Shown in pieces: positions 35,440 through 47,600 of a DNA stretch of 64,000 bases. The DNA comes from Azolla caroliniana (lineage: Eukaryota; Plantae; Polypodiophyta). How positions within the stretch are numbered: the stretch's first letter is position 1; each line of letters opens with the position of its first letter. Where the stretch lies: NCBI GenBank assembly GCA_043228905.1, contig JBHGNT010000003.1, forward strand, positions 558,001-622,000. Reading direction: 5' to 3'. Position numbers and translations under genes: made by a program. The notes under the pieces are model-generated. The model was not told where the DNA came from, searched no databases, and saw only the letters and a program-made list of their open reading frames with translations.

Positions 35440-38400
35440 CTAAAGCATACGGTCCGAGAGGGCAGGGAGCCGACGGAAGAAGTTCATGTGGACACTCGGA
35501 ACCTTCTCGCGGAAACGCGGATGGCGGAGCACATAGAAGCCATACAAAACCGCAAAGACTCGGAAAGGCGTGACATAGAGCAGCACGGCAGAAACAAAGC
35601 AAAAGAGTATGAACATGGAAGTGGCCCTAGGGTCACGCCACGAAAGCAAGGCTTGGAGCCGTTCTCCTTGTGTGGCCATATCACCAAGCACAGTCTGAAT
35701 CCGTCCGCTCACTGCCCTGAGCCTATCATATCTCGCTTTCACGACCTCAGGGGGCTTCGAGGTCGGTATACTGTCGAATTCCTCATCAAGCTCATCGGGC
35801 TCGGCCATGTCCGCGTGAGAAAGCCTGGGGTCCATGTGGGACGGGTTCCTCGGCCTAAACCTGTATTGCCAGCCTCCAATGAGAAACATGTAGAGGAACA
35901 ACGTGGGCAGTATGAGCTCAGGGAACCATATCAAGATCACGTAGAGGAAATGAACCAGAACAGAGGTCATGGGATTCTTCCATTGACAGATGTCACTTAG
36001 CCATCTCCCTATGGCTATCAAGCCGGACAGGACACCCAGGATCCGGAACCAATTTGCTTTACTCTTCCTCATACTCCACAGGTTGCTGTCCACATCTAGC
36101 ATATACTGAACCACCTCTGTTCTGAAGGGTGGCTCAGTCCTTGTTAGCCTAGCTGCCACTATCTTCATGGCATGACTCCTCAGAATCTCCAGCTGAGCCA
36201 CACCCAGGGGGTGGAGGTAATGCATTTTGGGGAGGAGAGGCCTTGTATAGCAGCACAACACATTCATGGTCGAGGATGATGTGAATCGAACCGCGAGCTC
36301 GAGCTCGCCCATCTTCTTCACGCCATTCTGTTGCAAGATGAGGAGAGGATAGGAGTGTGTATACACGCGGTCACTCTCCAGTGTCGAGAGGCGGATCCGC
36401 ACCTTCCCGATCCGGCCATCTTTAGGGCCGGCCCCAGGCCTTTGATCTCCGTTCGAGTTCAGATGTGCATTGTCGAACACTCCTACCGATAACACAGTGC
36501 AAGGATCGTAGACATCCCATGTGTATTGCTCATTCCATCGAGGCATAAAGCTGTCCACGATGGTCCGGCTTCGGACCCATTTCTCTGCGTATTTCGCCAC
36601 CACGTATGCATCTGTTGTTCCCCGGCCATCTTTAATCTTCATAGGAAGGAGGCCATGTCCCCCCAGTATGCCAAGCTCGAGCACTCCGATCACAGGCTTG
36701 CAGATTTGCTTCGCACTCGGTCTCATATCACTGCTGTAGTGTGCTGACTCGTCCAACACATGATAACCACCATCCAGGCACACCCGCAGATGGATTCTAC
36801 TCATAAACTTGCCTCCATCTTTCCCTCCTTTTCCCTGCTGGTTGTTATTGTTGTTGTTCTGGTTCCCTGATCCATCATTGTTTTGCTTCTCTTGTGAATT
36901 CTGTTTCTCAAGGTTATACCACCTTGACGTGACCTGCCGATGATCTACACGCCTCTCGACTGAAATCACAGGGATTTGAACCTTGCCCACAACTTGATCT
37001 TTATTAGCAGAAACTCGATCCTCGACCGTGAGCACAAGCAGGTCTTCGAAGGGCTCCGCAGCCACAAACATCAGGTCTTCATTCCAGAATGGGTTGGCGG
37101 AACGGCTCGCAGATGGACGGGTACCAAACACCTGGAACCCTAATTGAACCCTAACCCTAAGCTCGGGTAGACGGTTCTTGTCCCCAGGCAGCAAAAGGTC
37201 TTGCGCTTCGATCACATTCACACGGAGATACCATAGCTTGGGGGAGAGATAAACCTTTGATTTCGCTGCTGCGTGGCCATGTGAATCAGATTGCCAAGCT
37301 TCAGGAAATGCTTCATCGGCTTGAGTTCCACGCCAAACAGACACCATAATCTCGCCCATGTTTGAATTCCCACCTTTTTTCCCTTCCAATTTATACCATT
37401 GAGGAGCTAAGGGGCTATCCGGAGGCACGCGTGCAGGCACTTCAGAGATTTCAAACGAAACATACCCTAGAAAATCATCCTTGATTGAATCCTTATCTTT
37501 CACTGTCAGCTCAAGCAAAGGAGCTTGGAATTTCTCTTTACCAAAGGCGAACACTTGATTCCACTCAGGATTCAGAGACTTATCGATCACTTTTGTCTTC
37601 GCAGTTAGGTTTCCTACCTTAATCTGAACGTAAGGATCTGAGCCTCCAGTGATGTCTTTAGATAACAGACCTTTAGCTTTCACGATCTTTACATACAAAT
37701 ACTCCATCCTCTCCACAAGGCCATAGGCGCTGCTTCTCTCTCCATGGAGCATGGATGATCTTTTCGCAGTTGCAGCGAGCCTTGGGTGAGTCTCTTTAAG
37801 GCTAAAGTCATGCGCATTCATGCTGTTATTATGATGAGTATAGTTACTGTAGTTGTTATGGTTCGATCCTTTCCCCATAGCCATAGCTGAACCAGGATTA
37901 TAGTTATGGTGCGGCTGAGGGTAATTATGATAACCTCCTTGCGGCACCTGCTGCTGAACCTTCTTCATTTCCGAGCCTTGTTGCTGAGCATAGCTTATAA
38001 TCTGCGTAGAATTCACAACACCTTTCTTCACCATGCCAACTTCATCGCCCAAGCCATTGCCGTGCTGCTTCTCCTCCAGCACGCCATTGGAGGAGCCTTT
38101 CGATCCATCTTTAGCAGCAGAGCTAGTGCTGTTGTTCGCGTTGTTCTTCTTTCCTCCATTGGAGCCATCATCGAAGGTGTAATAGGCCTTCAGGTAAATC
38201 TCTCCTTTAATGTTGGAGAAGAGGCTGCGCTTGTCGAGGGCATAGCCGATTAGGGTTTCGTCGCCTTCCTTGACGAGCGATTTGCCTGGGATTCGAACCC
38301 GTCCCAGGAAGTTGCCTCTGCTCAGCGTCTTGTCGTTGTAGATGTTCACCTCGATGTCTTCCTCGTCGAGAACGGAGGGATCAGACACAGGGAAGCGCAG

Positions 38401-38589
38401 GGTTTCGTTCCACACAGGCGACAGCTCCCTGCAGATCACCCGCGTCTTCTTCCTCTGGCTGTCGAAATCCACCTCCACATACGCGCTCGCCGACCCCTGC
38501 CCATCCTTCGGCATCAGATTGTTCGCACTGCATACCTCCACCACCACCGTCCGATTCCGATTACCGCTACCCGCAGTCTCATTCTTCAT
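35440..38589 (-). CDS. Multiple C2-domain and transmembrane protein (MCTP; QUIRKY/FTIP-like)
   Basis: 1049-aa intronless ORF with four C2 domains (LMPKDGQGSASAYVEVDF; LVERMEYLYV; SPKLWYLRVNVIEAQDL; LELGILG) and PRT_C tail (DELDEEFD..RYDRLR..LLSWRDPRAT). Confidence 0.96.
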   Translation of the reverse strand: MKNETAGSGNRNRTVVVEVCSANNLMPKDGQGSASAYVEVDFDSQRKKTRVICRELSPVWNETLRFPVSDPSVLDEEDIEVNIYNDKTLSRGNFLGRVRIPGKSLVKEGDETLIGYALDKRSLFSNIKGEIYLKAYYTFDDGSNGGKKNNANNSTSSAAKDGSKGSSNGVLEEKQHGNGLGDEVGMVKKGVVNSTQIISYAQQQGSEMKKVQQQVPQGGYHNYPQPHHNYNPGSAMAMGKGSNHNNYSNYTHHNNSMNAHDFSLKETHPRLAATAKRSSMLHGERSSAYGLVERMEYLYVKIVKAKGLLSKDITGGSDPYVQIKVGNLTAKTKVIDKSLNPEWNQVFAFGKEKFQAPLLELTVKDKDSIKDDFLGYVSFEISEVPARVPPDSPLAPQWYKLEGKKGGNSNMGEIMVSVWRGTQADEAFPEAWQSDSHGHAAAKSKVYLSPKLWYLRVNVIEAQDLLLPGDKNRLPELRVRVQLGFQVFGTRPSASRSANPFWNEDLMFVAAEPFEDLLVLTVEDRVSANKDQVVGKVQIPVISVERRVDHRQVTSRWYNLEKQNSQEKQNNDGSGNQNNNNNNQQGKGGKDGGKFMSRIHLRVCLDGGYHVLDESAHYSSDMRPSAKQICKPVIGVLELGILGGHGLLPMKIKDGRGTTDAYVVAKYAEKWVRSRTIVDSFMPRWNEQYTWDVYDPCTVLSVGVFDNAHLNSNGDQRPGAGPKDGRIGKVRIRLSTLESDRVYTHSYPLLILQQNGVKKMGELELAVRFTSSSTMNVLCCYTRPLLPKMHYLHPLGVAQLEILRSHAMKIVAARLTRTEPPFRTEVVQYMLDVDSNLWSMRKSKANWFRILGVLSGLIAIGRWLSDICQWKNPMTSVLVHFLYVILIWFPELILPTLFLYMFLIGGWQYRFRPRNPSHMDPRLSHADMAEPDELDEEFDSIPTSKPPEVVKARYDRLRAVSGRIQTVLGDMATQGERLQALLSWRDPRATSMFILFCFVSAVLLYVTPFRVFAVLYGFYVLRHPRFREKVPSVHMNFFRRLPALSDRML

Positions 38590-39431
38590 GCCTTCCCTCT
38601 CTGAATCTCCTGCACTGATCTTCTGAACAAAACAGTTACAGACAACCTAATCAGAAGGAGATGTAATGGAGGTAAATAAATGACTTCCCTCTCTTAATCT
38701 CTTCTAAACCTCTGAACAGAACAGCAGAACGCAGAGAAACCATTGAGACGAAGATGGAGTAGGGGTCTGTGAGAAGATATATGCACAGCCAAAAGGAAGG
38801 AAGGATGAATGGAGGAAGGAAGGGAAGAAAAAATATGCAAACAGGAGGGGAGATGATGATACAGGAATTGGAGAAGCATGGAGCTAGCTATAATCCATCC
38901 AAAAGCTTCATGCAGACATTGAAGCTAAAACTGAATGCTTTAAGCTTCCAGAAGAACAGAATTAGAAAATAGCGATGGATAGTGCCGTAGCTTCAGGAAG
39001 CAATGAAACAGTACGAGCTGTACAGTGAGAGAAGAAGCAGAAAGGCAAGTTGAATAATTCTTACCGAATATATTTTTGTGAGTACCGCAGTGCTTCAGGA
39101 GCAGAGCTTGAGCCAAAAGCAGCTATGGCGATTCTCTCCTTGGTGTGCTGCGCGTGTATATGAAACCAAGAGCTGCAGTGTTGCTTCTCTTTCTGAGTTT
39201 TTGTTTTTTCTTTCTTTCCTTCTTCCTAGAGTCTAGCCATTTTCGTCTACTTGGAATGGAAAGCTAACAGAAATAATGTCTGCAGAGAAGGGAATGAAAC
39301 GCAGAAGAGGAAGAAGAACTCAGACATAGAAGGAGAGAGAGAGAGAGTGATGGTGATTGATACAGACAGACAGGCACCTGCAAAAACACTGTATAAAAAA
39401 CCATTGCTTAAACCTCCCATCACCTCTTAAC

Positions 39432-39720
39432 TTAACCACGGTTAGAAAAACAACCATTATGTACATTCCTACCTCCTGGCTTAACCATGGTTAACAGACA
39501 ATGACTTGACCGCACCCCTTTGCCCTTTTTAACCATGGTTAGAGCAGTGGGGGAAATGTAATGAATGGTCTTAACCATGGTTTGTTAGGCTGGATTGTGT
39601 AAAAAATACCCTGTGGTGGTTTCGATGAGAAGGTGGCGAAGCTCAATCCCTGGTCAGCAATTAACCGCGGTTTGACTACGGTTAAATCCTTAACCATGCT
39701 TAGATAGTTGACCAGGGTTT
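39432..39720. promoter_or_regulatory. Cluster of ~8 TTAACCNNGGTTAA-like palindromes (GT-1 trihelix-type sites) upstream of MCTP
   Basis: Copies at 39432, 39481, 39529, 39571, 39661, 39672, 39690 and 39708. Confidence 0.65.
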
Positions 39721-39846
39721 GTCCGCCAATCCCTAACGCGGATTACGATCTCCCTCTTTTCTGATTTTTCGAGGAGGAATTCAAAAACAGTAATATAATA
39801 ATAATTTGCGTACGTGTATGCATTTTTCAAAAATGAATTCGAATGG

Positions 39847-40030
39847 ATTTATTTATTTATCTATCTTGTTATTTATTTTGTTTTATTTATTTGTTTTGTT
39901 TTATTTATTTGTTTTGTTTTATTTATTTATTTTGTTTTATTTATTTATTTTGTTTTATTTATTTGTTTTGTTTTATTTATTTCTCTTGTTTTTTATTTTG
40001 TTTTATTTGTTTATTTTGTTATTTATTTTC
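39847..40030. repeat. AT-rich minisatellite (TTTTGTTTTATTTATTTG-like, 18-bp unit)
   Basis: Direct inspection. Confidence 0.85.
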
Positions 40031-41367
40031 TGGAAGAATTTTATGGGGCATTTTCGTGGCCATAAAATATATGTATTATTTCTAATTATTCCCTTTTAAT
40101 TTCTTAGTTAGAGCATCGAACTGCGCGCGAAATGAAGAACGAACGAATTAAAGTTAGAGGGGAGGGGAGGGGCAGCAGCCATACATTATTTTATTTTATT
40201 TTATTTATTTATATATATAATAATATATTTTTAAATGCTTTTTTCAACGTATATTTCTTTGTTTCTCTTTCTTCGTGTTATTTTAATATTTATTCGAATC
40301 TAAGGTTAACGTTAATTAAACAAGGATAAATATATAAAAGAGAAGAGAGGAAGAAGGGGAATTTTAATGTTAATTTGGGAGTGGATTTTCTGCCGTGGGA
40401 TAAATGGTGGATAATTTGTGGGAACTCCACGGATTTACTTACTCTCCTCCCAACACCACCACCATACACACACAAACACGAATATGTACAATTCACTCAC
40501 ATAAACAATATATTTTCCTTTCATTCACAAATTGGCCCATTTTTGCCTCGGAATGTCCGTGGTTACCAAATTCCCTCACAATGTTCATATCCGTCAACCC
40601 CAATATTTCTTTAACAAAGGATTCGCTTGCATGTGAATGTATCAATTTCGAATGTAGCAATTTGGGTTCCGATTTCACGAGCTTTTTGGAATCTCCTGCC
40701 ATTTGAATGAAAACCACAATTGTTCAAAAGTATGGTATTGGATGTTTGTTGTTGGATGTTTGTTGTCCCCCCCCCCCTCCATTGACGATGGAGCCCACTG
40801 TCACCACCTCCAAAGCTCTACTACTAGTTCAAACATTTTCAATCAGATTTTACTAGGCTCAACTCATCCACATGTGGCTGGGATTTGTTAGCCTCGGTAT
40901 GCTTTATGTTGTCTCGTATTGCATGAACTCTCGTGTATAGACCTCGAGGTTGCCCACTAAAGTAATGATGTCACAACAAAGTTGATAGTAAAATTTTGGA
41001 GGCATCCAAGAAAAGAGAGGTTGGTCATTGTCTACCTACACAAACAATTTGGGTAAAAGGCATGAATTGATGTGTTTGCTCTCACTCCGCTACCATTTCC
41101 TTGGTCCTCCTTGTGTGTATTCAACATCACTCCACTCGTGTCATGTTCTCTACATGTACACAACCAATAGATCATGTGCCACCATAATTGCATATGATTT
41201 CGTGTTTATACTTGTTTGCCGTATCATTTACAAAGTTGTAAAAAAATAAGTCCAGGAAGCCCTTTATATGTGGTAAGAACACATCAATCCAACCAATTTC
41301 CTCCATGGAATGTTGACATTTGCATGTTGCCACAATATGCAACATGTTAAGAAAAGCATGATAGTTG

Positions 41368-41648
41368 CATCATGAAATATTAGCAAGCCTTTGATATGTT
41401 AAGGAAAAGCCTCAATGGAGTTGCATATTGATGAAGATATCTCTAATTAAGAAAATATGAGTCTATAACTTGATATATAAACAACAAATTGCACGATGCT
41501 CATCAAAGTAATATTCGTGCATCATGAAATATTAGCAAGCCTCGATGGAGTTGCATCTGATGAAGATATATCTAATTAAGAAAATATGAGTCTATAACTT
41601 GATATATAAACAACAAATTGCACAATGCTCATCGAACTAACATTCGAT
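41368..41648. repeat. Local tandem duplication (~150 bp + ~130 bp)
   Basis: CATCATGAAATATTAGCAAGCC...TCTATAACTTGATATATAAACAACAAATTGCAC occurs twice. Confidence 0.85.
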
Positions 41649-44600
41649 GAAGACCATCGCCGTAATTAAGAGCATACGAAGCTATATCTTGAGGCTAACC
41701 AATGGCATTTTTATGTGCCTTGATCATTATCTCTACTATAAGTGATTGATGACTTCATCGACAATCACTTGATGCAGAATGCCCAAATTAATATGCAAAA
41801 CAAGAACCATCAACTTTAATGGGTTTATTCAGATTGGTTTTACTCCCATTAAACATAATGTACTATGTTCATACATTCACACTTGACATTGGACAAAGGA
41901 TCGAGGTCTAGTTAGAAGAAATCTTTTGAAGGAGGTCATATCCCACCATAGCACACGAAAATGTAATGATGGATGTTTTCCTATAAAAAAAGGTATAGGT
42001 GGTCCATAAGGTGGTGAGTTTTGTGACACTTGTCATGATTTTGCCTTGAAAAAAAATGTGAACATGGGGAAGCTCAATAGCCTTCCTTCTCTAGAGAATA
42101 TCAATTGCTTGAATGATAGATGGAGTGACATGGGATGATGTTAAATGGCATTTACATTCGAGGATAGGATGGGATAAATCAGGGAAATGGCACTCAAAAC
42201 ATGTCCTTGCACATTTTGAAAACATCCGTATACACTTGGTCAGTTAAAAAACATGTATGTGAATTGGTTTGCAAGTTGACATGGAAAGATCTTGACCAAG
42301 AGAATAACCAAGAGAATATAATGATATTACTGAAACATGTGAGGGTACCCTCCACATAAGACCTAATTTGAAGGGTGTCATGGAATGTGTGCTCGTAGAT
42401 TACTACATTGACACAATTTTGAATGTGATAGGACAATGAAAGATCGAAGAAGAACACTCCATTTATGAAATTTACATGATAGCTTTTCTCAAACATTAAA
42501 TTATCAACGGTATATCCAACAATTTTACAATGGTTGCTCTCAAAATATCATAAAGGAACTATCACGTCCCTAGAGGCATTTGTATATAACACTCTCATCT
42601 GTAAAAATTTATAACTAATGGAAGGAGTTTTTTTGGGGAAAAAAAAAACATCATAAAAGGACATGTAGATATTTAGTGTAATGTTTATAATGTTGGCAAT
42701 GTTGGAAACTCTGACACATTCCCTACTTTGTGTCTTTAAATATAATGTCCTAGTGTTTCCCTACAAGATGAAAGACAAAAAAACTACATTGTTTACAAAC
42801 AATGTTTAGAAGTTTGTAGGGCCTCCAACCATTCACATTCATTGGTAATGAATGATAAGTTAACAACACAAGAATCCCTCTCAATGCATAAAATTCATCC
42901 CAATAACAATTCAAAAAAGTTTAAGATGGCCACATATAATTAATAGTTTACAAATTTTGATGGGTAATGAGAGTTAGGTTTCAATTTCAATTTCATCCTA
43001 ATTGAGTCTAATTACATACAATTTGATTATGAACCTTCAATTATAAAGAAATCAAGAATGATGGTAGATCACTCTATCACTGCAATAATAACTTTAACTT
43101 TCTGACAAGTTAAAGCATAAATAAAGGAGAACAACATTTATTGAGTATACTTTTCTTCGTTACAAGGGTAAACATTGATATTTTTAAAACTTCTAGAATT
43201 AGCACCATATACAAGGAGTGTTTTTTTTTTATTGTCCTGAGTGATAATATGAGAAACATCTCCCTTGAAAATTGATATAGAGACATGGAGAGTGAGCAAC
43301 TATTTTACAGATAAACATGTAATATCCAATGATATAAGACAATTAGTTGCACATTTTCTTCTCTCTCTCCAAGGATAGATGTTTACCACATTTATATATT
43401 AAATCTTATCTATTCTCCACCCACATTCCAAGCACTTGAGCAGCAAAATTGCCTCGATGTATTGTATTGTTGATACATCGAGTGTAGTATCATAACAACT
43501 TGATTTTTGAAGAGGAACTATTGTCAAGTATTGTTCTTTGTGAATTCTCCTTTCCTATTACCCTTATATTCCCTCCATGCATGCATTTTTATAGTTTCAT
43601 TAACAACTTCTCTCATTAAGTTCTTTCATTGAAACTAATATAAGAGCTTGCCTCCTTTCATTTAAAGCTACCACTTGAACAAAGTGAACATTTCGGGCAT
43701 TAAAGTGTCTCGTGGATCAAGTTCTTGGATAACGTGGAATTTTTACCTTGATTCATTAGTGACAATTTAGTCATGTCAATCTCGTGGAAATACATAGGTA
43801 AAAAAATGTTATACATGGAAATAATGATGTGTGTGTGTTTGGAGATGTCACAAATATGATCTTGGATGGAAGGAGTCTTGAACACAAGTGTTCAAGTTAA
43901 GAACTTCATATAAATGTGATTTTGCCGAATGTGAGTTTCTCGAAAGTGTGGAGAATAAGAAAACAAATGATCTCGAAGGCATCATGAAACTAAATAACCT
44001 TGGCCTTTTAAGTTAGGAATGCTTATTTTGATATAAAAGCTCAATGTTGGGGTCCTGACTCCTCCCAATACAAGGATAGAAGCCTAAAGATGATATTATC
44101 GTATGCCTACTTGGTGCATCAAAGTCTATATGGAGCAATTTGAAGTTTTTCTCGAGTTTGGTGAAAAGTGACAACTAACATATATAGATATCTACCTATA
44201 ATTGTGCAAATTTGCATCTCTACCTATACATTCTATAAAACCAATATACTCGTACCTTGGGAAGGGGAAGCATACCATCTCAATTAGGCCCCCATTGGCT
44301 TTAAAGATGTTGTATTAAATAACACATTTAGACAATCGATGTTAACTCTACATATTGGTCGGATTAATATTTTAAAACATAAAAAATAAACGTTGTGATA
44401 ATTACAATTATGACGAATTAAATGGATTTTGGGTGCATGTATAGAATGATAGATGACCTTGCTCAAAATTTTTGAGAGATTATTGGAGTAAGTTTCACTC
44501 CTTGATCATAAATCTCATAGCATGATGCCCTAAGAATTAAAAGTTCCTTGTGTTATCAACCCCTTTCTATGTTGATGTCTTGAGTTTCAATTAGTGTATG

Positions 44601-47600
44601 ACAACCATCATCTCTCATATAGTCAAGCCTACATACCTACACTACTCAAAAGGATCTCCCTAGCTACTGTATGACCGAGAGGGTTGTAAGGTCATTGTGA
44701 GCGATGTCTCGCCCAACATATGGCTCTCATGCCACTTGATGCATAACATGTGCTTCATTGAACCATTGCCTTGAGTTGGATGACACATCGCCCTTCATGG
44801 TTAGAATTCAATCATTGATGTGCCCTATAGGTCTAACCTAACAATCTCGATTGATTGATCGTGTTGATTATATACACACAAAATGCCAGTCAATTGAACA
44901 CATGACATTAATAGATTATTTTTGTTTTAATTCAATTGACAATATTGAGAATCACAAAATAGACTAAGATTTGCTTGGTAATGATTTAGAAGATAATTTA
45001 CAATCTTATGGATAAATCACGAGATATTTTATACATGCTTAATAGGTTGCCATCTTGCCAATTGACTATAATATTATATAAACTTGTTGGCTATCATTTT
45101 TATTTATTTGCCTTGATAAGTATGCGTCAAGCACACACCAACCATGGACTATGACGAAGCAAGGATGACGAGGCTAAGACCAATAAGGTTACGACCGTGG
45201 AACTGGAAGTGACGAGGCTAGGAGCTCTAAAAGTTGTGAGTGATGAGACTATGAACTTAGGAAGTGAGGATTAACTAGAGAGCATGAAGACAAATATGAA
45301 GATCACAGAGACAATGTGACATGAAATGAGAATACTAGATTGATGTGTCAATGACTGGTGTTGAGTCCCTTGAAATGGACCGAGGAGATTACACATATTT
45401 ATACAATGAGTTGAAGTACATGCATTAGAATATTCTAGAACCCTCTAGAACATTCATATTCTAAAACTTTTAGACTAGAGGTATGTCACAAGAGAGTATT
45501 TCTAGATCAAGTACGTTATATACAAATACCTGTCATATGAAAATGGTTGAGCATGACATCTTCTTGATGTGAGGTTGCATGTTCAATCATCATCAACTAT
45601 GTATTTTGTGTCACTGTATCGTGACAATATGTGTCGCAATGTTTACATGTGCAAATGTGTGGGTAAGTATGTTTGTTTTATGTAGGCATATGCGTGCAAG
45701 GTTATGTGTATGTACTAAGTGTAGATGTGTTAGTGTACATGTTAATAGTGTTAACTCTTGTAGTGGTAGAGCCAATACGATGACCTCACTGGCAGATCCG
45801 ATGGAGTCGAAAGACAACAACTAGCCTTCATCCAACAATGGTCATCCTCTTCCTTTCTTGAGTCATTGGGCCTCCATATAAGATGGAACTATCGCATCCC
45901 TATTTGGATTTCTATATAACATTCGCATCTATAAAATTTTATAACTAATGGAAGGAGTTTTTTTTGTGGTGGTCCCAATGAAGTTGGCACAAGACAATTA
46001 CCTTTATAAGGTTGGTATAATGCAATGGTCATTGATTTATGAAACTCCCAAAGCCATTGCAACAAAAGTATTGCATTTTTGTGGGGTTGGTGTGATAAGG
46101 ATGGGGTCTTAGGTGACTTTTGGAATAATCAATCATATTAGGTTATGGCAAGCATCCTAGGGTATGTGTCCAGCACAATCTTATGGAGCTGACATTGGGG
46201 ATTTTTGATAGTCACAAGCCTTTTGATGTTCATGAAGATCTAATGTTTCTAAAGTTCTTGATTGCAAGATTCATGTAGAATTTTGCATGCCATGTAAAAT
46301 CGTTTTTTTTTTCAATTGAGAGTGTCCAATTGAACATGCAATAGAAGGTGGCATGGAGATTGTCAAAGGTGGGGAAATGACTAAATGGGATTTGAATTTA
46401 CCAACTTGACACGTAGTCAACAAAGGAGGGGCCAAACTCCATTATCTTATAGAGCTTGTGTCAAACACCATTGAGGTGTTGGGAAGGTGGTTCCAAAATA
46501 GGCGACAAGGATATGACACCTTGAGCTCGGTAAGATTGCTAAGAGATTAGATAGATAGATCCAAACTTCGTTAAATTCTATACGAAAGTAAAATGGTGGG
46601 GAGGAGGGAAGTTGGAGTGATTCTATTTGTAATTTATTGGCCATTGGGCGAGTTGTTTGATTCTATAGAAGTGACAATCAATCAAGGAGTGAACCCACAA
46701 CATAATCACTAGACATGCGGCAAATGTTGTCTTCATTCAGGATAAGGGATTCAAGAAAGTTGTTTGATATTGAGTAGATATTTGTGACGGTTCTTTTCTC
46801 AAACAAAATGGATAGTTGTACGAAAACATCTAGTGGTTCACAAAAACTTTTTGGGGTTTGTGCCTTCACAAAATTTGTAATAAGGGTATGGAATCTTAAG
46901 CTTAGATTGTTACGACGATAAGATGCTGGTGAGGAGGGAAGTTAAAGCGAGGCATTTGGTAATTTCTCAACCTCTAGGTGAGTTGTTTGATTTCGTTGAG
47001 GTGATGAGTGGTTAAGGAGTAAACCCACAGTAGCATCGATAGGCTCACTAAGGAGCTTGTCCTCATCCAAGACAAAGGATTCACGGAGGTTGTTTGATAC
47101 CTAGTAGATATTTGTCAATGTCCATGTCAACCAACAAGCTAGTGGTTAGTTGGGAAAAGGTAATTTTGTTAAAGTTGTCAAATGTGCATTGCTTTCCACT
47201 ATTATGTGGAAGCAAGTCTATCCTGGTCACGACTCACCAAGCGTTATTTGGCCCATTTTTGGTTAATCTCATGACTTTTAACTATTATGTGTTGACCTTT
47301 TGCTTGTGTCTCTTTGAGCCTATGTATTTGCACACACAACATTGACCAAAATCACTAGTTAGTCCACTCAAATAAATTCCTTATATGTGACACGCAAGAA
47401 GTGTTTTTCCCAAGGATTTGCTCTTATCCATGTATTTTGTGCCTCTCAATGCATAAAATGCACTTCATCAGGTCATGGCTTTGGTAACGTATACTTACGT
47501 TGAGTTTGATAATGTGTTGTCTTGTGTGGTTAGAATTCAATTATTGCATGTGTTTAATATAAACGACCACGACCTTGATTGTATGCTTATTGATAATTGA

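Noticed and set aside
35488-36000. Antisense ORFs over MCTP (also 25961-26449 over PPR, 58941-59487 over F-box)
   Set aside because: Shadow frames of well-supported genes.
43900-44470. Possible gypsy or caulimovirid RT relic on the minus strand
   Set aside because: Only faint motif traces with many frameshifts; not supportable without a search.
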